A DNA stretch of 64,000 nt from Saprolegnia diclina VS20 (lineage: Eukaryota), in the NCBI RefSeq assembly GCF_000281045.1, contig NW_008246081.1, positions 1-64,000 on the forward strand, given 5' to 3'. The translations under genes were made by a program, and so were the position numbers. The notes below the pieces were generated by a model. That model searched no databases, was not told the DNA's origin, and saw nothing but the letters and a program-made list of their open reading frames with translations. Below are positions 57,624 through 64,000 of this stretch, piece by piece. Each line of letters begins with the position of its first letter. The first letter of the stretch is position 1.

Positions 57624-60298
57624 ATGCAGCGAGTCTTGCGGCAGTCGCGGCAGTCGGGCACGCTCAACTTGACGTCCCGCGACCTGACGCATGTTCCGGC
57701 CGAAGTCCTCTTCCCACTCAAGCACCTTGAGGCTGTAGGTCCTACTAATGCTATCCACAGAGCTCATGCAGGCACGTAGGACGAGAAGCATTGGGAATGC
57801 ATCGATCTGTACAAACTCGACCTGAGCTACAACCAGCTGCGCAGTCTGCCCGAGGCCCTCCGCGAACTCGCAGGGCTCAAGTGGCTCAAAGTCAAGGACA
57901 ACCAGCTCACGCGGCTTCCGGCGTCGCTGGGGTCGCTCCAGCTTCTCGTGTACCTTGACGTGAGCGAGTACGCCATCCGCATAGTCGTATGTTGCATATC
58001 GTTGCTCATGGCGGCGTGTAGCAACCGACTCAATGACGTCCCCGAGTTTGTGGGCGACTTGCTTCAGCTGCGGGAGCTCTGCGTGACGAGCAACACGATC
58101 TCGTCCTTGCCGAGCTCGCTCGGTCGCCTCGAGCACCTCGAGACCTTGCGCCTCGACAACAACCAACTCACGAGCCTGCCCGAGGCCATTGGTGCGCATT
58201 CGAAGTAGGCTGCGACGCTGCATCTCAGCGTGATATGTAGGGCACCTGACGAAGCTCCGTGTGTTGAATGCGCAAAGCAACCAGCTCGCGTCGCTGCCCG
58301 CCTCGTTCGCCAACCTCTTGAGCCTCTCTTCATTGGACCTGAGCAAGAACAATCTGGGGGCGACGGTCGTTGTCCTTGACAAGATGGCACAGCTCGAGTT
58401 TGCGGACCTCCGCAACAACGGGCTCTCGGCCTTTCCGTCGCTGCCGACGACGACGCGCTTGGACCACTTGCTCTTGGGCAACAATAAGCTTACGTCCATC
58501 GACGACGCATCGCTCGCACGCGTCGCTACGTCGCTCACGGTGCTCAACATCCACGACAACCAGCTCAACGCGCTGTCGGCGGACCTCATGTCGCAGTTTG
58601 CAAAGCTCAAGACCCTCGACCTCTCCAACAACAACCTCTCCGACCTCCCTTACGGTACCAACGACGCTGTGGCACCCAAGTTCTTATGGTATCTTAGTGC
58701 TTGGTCACATTGGGTCGCTCAACCACATTCTCGTCGAAGGCAACCCGCTCCGGTACACTGCACGCATACGTTCTGCTTCGCTCATGGGTCCTGTAGGTCG
58801 ATCCGGTTCTCGGTGTTGACGGGCGGCCACCAAGCGCTCAAGTCATACCTGCGCGGTCGCGGCCCCGCGGCTGCGACTGAGAGTGTGGACGTTGCCGAGT
58901 CGCTCTCAGAAACGAAATCCGATCCGGCTGCACGTAGCACGCGCGCAATGACCGACGACTCGCTCTTGCATGCGTTTGAAGCCGGGACGCTGGACTTGAC
59001 CAAACAACAGTATGGTTCTTATTTCTACAGCATTTCGCTACACCCAGTTGCATTAGGCTAACGCAAGTGCCCGTGATCGACGTCGACCACATTTGCGCGA
59101 CGCTCGTCCACCTCAACCTGTCGCGCAACCTCCTCACCGAGCTGCCCGCGCACATGGGCAGCCTCATGGCGCTGCAGGTACGCACTTCGCACGCTTGCAT
59201 CCTCGTTGACACACGAGCGCAGACGCTGACGGCCGAAGAAAACTTGATCACGCGCATCGACCCGAGCATTGGTGCACTCCCGCGACTGCAATTTCTCCGG
59301 CTCAAGCGCAACCGGCTCAACGAAAAGGCCATCGCCGCCATGCTTCCGCCCACGACCGAGGTCGTCTCGATGCTCAAGGTTCGCGTCTCCTTCCCACCGA
59401 AGTATCGTAGTAGTCCGTCTGTTTAGGAACTGGACTTGCGGAACAACGCGTTCACGCACGTACCGCCTATGGTCGTCGAGCTGCCCGTCCTCGACACGCT
59501 GCTGCTTTCGTTCAACAAAATTTCGACGCTCGACGGCGTCGAATGGGCGCAAGCCCAGAAGCTCTCGGTCGTCGCCTTCTCGGACAACAAGGTGCGCCGT
59601 GACGACACGACCGCTGGTGATGAAATGCACTGCATTGTAGCTCACGTCGCTCGGGTCGATCCACGAAGCCAAGCACTTGACGTCGCTCAGCCTCGAAAAC
59701 AACAACCTTATGCATGTGCGAAAGTGCTTCGTGGTAGAGAGACTGGGCTGACATAGGCGTGTAGATCCCTCCCGAACTCGGTTTGTGCGAGCACCTCCGC
59801 GCCCTCGTCATCACGGGCAACCCGCAGCGCCGCATCCGGTTCACGATCCAGCAAAAGGGCTCGGACGCAGTGCTGCAGTGTCTTCGTGACCAGCTTGGTG
59901 TGACCGCGCCCGTCCCTGTCGCCAACGCAGAAAACGTGCCGCCGCCCAACCGTACTCTGAGCCAGCGCAACGCAGGCCATCCTCGCCCCGCGGCCGGCCA
60001 CGAGTCATCGGCGCCAGCGCCACGCACCACGGGTCCGCGTACGAGCATCACACCTCCGCAGCGGCCGCAGCAGGTTGCGCCAGTCGGCCGGAGCAGCGCC
60101 GCGCCGCCGGCCAAGCGCAAGCTCGACGCGGAGCCGGCAACGGACATGGCGCAGCTCGTGGCCAAGATCCACGAGCTCGAGGTTCAGGTCGAAGAGTGCT
60201 CGCTGAGCAACGCCAAGCGCTACGCGGTGAAGAAGGAGCTCGCGATGCTGCGCTCGCGCAAGATCCGCGAAGATCGCAAGGCGCACGCGTCGCAGTAG
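57624..60298 (+). CDS. Leucine-rich repeat protein, LRRC40-like (multi-exon)
   Basis: MQRVLRQSRQSGTLNLTSRDL, many LxxLxLxxNxL repeats, GNPLRSIR...LKSYLRGR mid-motif and GNPQRRIR...VLQCLRD. Confidence 0.85.
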
Positions 60299-60435
60299 GA
60301 CTCTTGGGGCCAGCAAACCCAGATGCCCATTTAAGATTGGAAATGGACCAATCACAGCCCGTGCTGCCATTTGACTGGTCTTGAGTATGCTAGCCTATTA
60401 TTCGCCAATCAATCCATCTTATTTTTGAGAAAGCG

Positions 60436-61857
60436 ATGGCAGGCGACGAGTACAAGGTGGGCAGCATCGCCGCGTCCTTCGGCGCCGAGACGACCGGGAA
60501 GAAGGCCAAGAAGGCGGCGGCGCCAGCGGTGGCGCCGACGAACGCGCTCGCGTCCTTCTTCAGCACGAGCGAGAAGCTCTTCGCCAAGAAGCCCGAGCCG
60601 AGTATGACCCAAGCGTACGCCGACTGCCCATGGCTCATGGTACCTTGTAGAGATCGTCGCGCCTGTCGTGGTCCCGGTCGTCAAGGCGGCCAAGGCACAG
60701 GAGACGGTCGACGCGCCTAAGGCGCCCAAGGTCGTGCTCTTTGACGGCGAAGGCCCGAAGAAGGTCAAGAAGCCCAAGCACTCCAAGGTCAAGCCGGAAG
60801 CCAAGGTCGAGGCCGCGCCCAAGGAAGAGGAGGACGACGAGAAGGCGCCGCGCACGATCTTTGTCGGCAACGTCTCGCTCGAAGCGACGGCCGAAGAGCT
60901 CAAGAAGTTCTTTTCGTCCTGCGGCAAGGTCGAGTCGGCGCGTCTCCGATCCGTGCCCGTCGCGGGCTGCGCCATCGACCAGCACGGCAAGCAGAACCTC
61001 GTCAAGAAGGTGTGTGCCAACAAGAAGCTCTTCGTCGAGGGCCGTGACAACTGCAACGCCTACGTCGTGTTTGCGTCCGAAGACAGCATCGCGGCCGCCC
61101 TCGCGCTCAACGGCGCGGTACGCCCATCCCCTCGTATCTTCGTCTTATATCTATGTGGATGCAGGAGTTCCACGAGAAGAAGATCCGCGTCGACCGCAAG
61201 GTGCTCACGACGGACCCGAAGCGCACGGTGTTTGTCGGCAACATGGCGTTCGCGGCGACAGAGGACGAGATCCGCAACCACTTCGAGTCCAACTTGGAGA
61301 AGGACGACGAAGACGAAGGCTCGGCGCTCGTCGAGTCGGTGCGCATCATCCGCGACAAGGACACCCACCTCGGCAAAGGCTTTGGCTACGTCCTCCTCAA
61401 GGACGTGACGACAGCCGCGAAGGCGCTCAAGCTCGACGGTTCCAAGATCGGCAAGCGCGAGCTCCGCGTCTCGGTCTGCGGCAAGCGCTTCAAGACCACG
61501 GCCACCGACAAGACGGCTCGGCCGTTCGAGGGCCGCCGTGCCAAGCCCGCGCCCGGCGCCCAGATGCGCGTCATGAAGAAGCGCAAGCTGGACGGCGACA
61601 ACGGCAAGCCGGCCTTTGTCAAGAAGCCCAAGTTTGACGGCAAACAGGCGGACGGCAAGAAGCCTGCGTTCAAGAAGACGGACGGCAAGAAGCCGTTCGA
61701 GAAGAAGCCGTTTGGCAAGTCCAAGCCGGTCGGGAAGAAGGGCGACAAGAAGTTTGCCAAGGGCGATAAGAAGACGTTTGAGAAGCCGAAGAAGCCCAAG
61801 CACGCGGCACGGAAGGCTCGTCAGGCGCTTGAGGCGCAAATGGCCACCGGCAAGTAA
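60436..61857 (+). CDS. RBM34: RBM34/Nop12 nucleolar RNA-binding protein (two introns)
   Basis: RTIFVGNV, CGKVESARLRSVP, CNAYVVF, RTVFVGNM, VRIIRDKDTHLGKGFGYV, FEGRRA, Lys-rich tail. Confidence 0.92.
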
Positions 61858-62150
61858 GGGTACTAGTTGATATTAATAAGATAGACAACATTCGTCGTAT
61901 ACGTCGCCAGTCCATAACTGCAGCGGCACACCGATGGAGCAGGACCAGTTGGAAAGCGAACAAAGCAGCGAATAGGACGATCAGATCTTAGTCGGACAAC
62001 CTTTGCAGGTCCAGTGGATGCGTTTGGCGATCTGTCTGCAGGACCAAAAAGGACGTGATCACGCTGGCTTGGAATCAGACGGCGCCGATTGGCCATTGCG
62101 ACGCGCTCTGCGATTTCATTGGCGCACGCGGCCAATTTGCCTTTTGCCCA

Positions 62151-63372
62151 ATGGCGCTCATGCTGACGACCAAGCAGCTCCAGTACGACATGGAGGTCGA
62201 GACAGCCGCCGCAGCGTCGCCGAGATCGACCGAGCAGCGGCGAAGGCGACAGCGGCAGCGCGACGCCCAGCGCCGCCACCGCCAAATCATCGCCGACGAG
62301 ATCCACGAGCTGCGCCAGACCGCCGCCTGGCTACGCACGACGCTCGCAAAAACCAACGTGCGCCGCCCGTTGAATTGGAAGGAGGTGGCGCTCGCGCTGG
62401 CCGAGACGCGCAAAGAGAGCGAAGAGGAGTACAAGGCGCTTCAGCACGACCTGCGCCGGTGGCAGCACCTCTCGTCCATCATGTTCCAGTGGGTGCAGGC
62501 AAGCGAGGCTCCGGTACAGCGAGATGGGATATGATGGTTGGCGACTGTCAGCGTACTCTGTGTAGTGCTACCAGTTGCAAGAGCAGCGGAATTGGCGGCA
62601 CCGATCGCTCTTGTCGGACCCGACGGCGCGCAAGATGGGCTACGACTGGATCATGAACCAGATGTACTACAACCTCCCACGCACTTTGGCCGAGACGGGC
62701 CTTCCGGCGTCCACGGACGCGTACTTTTCGTTCGACCTTGTCGACGTCGACGACCCGACGCAGACTGTCGTGATCGCGAGTCAGTTTCCTGTGCCCGGGA
62801 GCTTTGAAGCCACGAGCTACATCATGGAGCGCCGCTTCGACAGAGCCCACGCCCTCCAGGTAAGTTTCCATGCGATCGTAAATTTGATTTGACTCGGTTG
62901 CACAGGTGCTCGATGTCCCCGACAACGACACTCGCTACGTGCGCTTCGTGTACAACCCCGAGTGGCAGCAGAACACCATCATCCGGGTCGTCCGCGAACC
63001 GTCGCGTGTCATCTTCCTCACGCAGTCGATCCAAGAAGACGACGTCCACGGCAGCGGGGGTAGCCAAACACGCTACTGGTCAAGTTGGTACGACCGGCTC
63101 CCAGCATTTTTGTACTATGGAAAACACGTAGGACCATCGTCGAGCGCATCAGCACGACGTGCACGCTGATCAAAAATCGGTACACGAGCGCCGCGTGGGA
63201 AACAGACGCTGGGTACGTCCCGCTGGAAGCCAACGCGTCCGTGCAAGAGCTCATGCAGACGCACCCGACCAGTTGGTTCTCCAAGCACCGGCAATCTCGC
63301 TACGACGGATGGCGCCGAGGCTTTGAAGAGGACATTGCCGACGTGAGCACTCGGCTGGCGACCCTGCAGTAA
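62151..63372 (+). CDS. Oomycete hypothetical protein with an N-terminal basic/coiled-coil (bZIP-like) region (multi-exon)
   Basis: EQRRRRQRQRDAQRRHRQ...LNWKEVALAL, then WRHRSLLSDPTARKMGYDWIMNQMYYN; exons joinable by short introns. Confidence 0.7.
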
Positions 63373-64000
63373 TTTGTCCCTCAAGTCATTTTGTCGTTTT
63401 CTCACGCCATGGGCTCGCCTCGAGCAATCGTCGGCGTTGCAACGTCATTGGCATTGGGCTGCATCCACCGTCTACGCCCAACCAGCGAGGACGTTGGGAA
63501 GCGGCGAGACTTGTAGCCAACCAACAAGCCTAGTGTTTTCTACATCCACCAGCTGGTGCGCATGCTACGCCGCATCCATTCAATGGGGTGGGACGGGAGC
63601 TTGGACTGTCCTGACTAAGATTTCGAGAGTAGGTTTCCGTTGTGCCTGGCAGCATATTACTCTGCATATTATGCCCCACCACCGTTCGCCATCATCCAAC
63701 CCAGTTGTCCTTTCGGCGTTTGATTGGCCAAAATGAGTTCTTAGGCTGGAGTGCTTGTTACGACCTTCATTCTTAGCCAATCCCAGTGCAGCAAAATTCG
63801 AATCAGGTCGAAATTGCACTTTCAATTGGATCCAACGTGCGCATCTACGGGCGAGCTGCTAGCGCGCTCGCTTGGCCACATTGATGGGCCTTGGTTATAA
63901 GTTTAGTCGCTCGTCGTTCTACTAAGTATATCTCCAACTGGGTTGGCGGCGACTTTCGTCGTCTGGGCTGTCGCAACACTGGTCGTGCTTGCACATCTTG

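Noticed and set aside
61588..61790. Repeated GACGGCAAGAAGCC units
   Set aside because: Explained by the DGKKP peptide repeats of the RBM34 lysine-rich tail

Overview
Gene-dense eukaryotic genomic DNA, most likely from an oomycete of the Saprolegniales (inferred from ~40-60 nt GT-AG introns, high GC3, oomycete-type INR/FPR and CCAAT promoter motifs, and typical ankyrin, MARVEL and WRKY19-like families). The left ~6 kb is decayed: GCN1 pseudogene fragments duplicated across an assembly gap, plus a possible Crinkler relic. The rest holds about 27 protein genes, including EF-1alpha, ferrochelatase, uL24m, two CDKs, an ABCG transporter, a NELF-A-like protein, THI5/NMT1, TRM7, acetoacetyl-CoA synthetase, a PHOSPHO-type phosphatase, a TTP-like CCCH protein, an SRSF1-like protein, an LRRC40-like protein and RBM34. 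The standout is a pair of tandem TPP riboswitch aptamers (43201-43467) in a predicted 5'-UTR intron of THI5/NMT1. Upstream of them are a short uORF and a 12-nt segment that covers alternative 5' splice sites and is complementary to the aptamer core, which suggests a two-aptamer splicing switch. Other notable items are a PfkB kinase-KdsD/SIS isomerase fusion, an ankyrin-DUF4246 fusion, and a CGTAC motif cluster plus an ARE-like tract around the TTP-like gene. All calls come from reading the sequence by eye; no database searches were run and exon boundaries are predictions.
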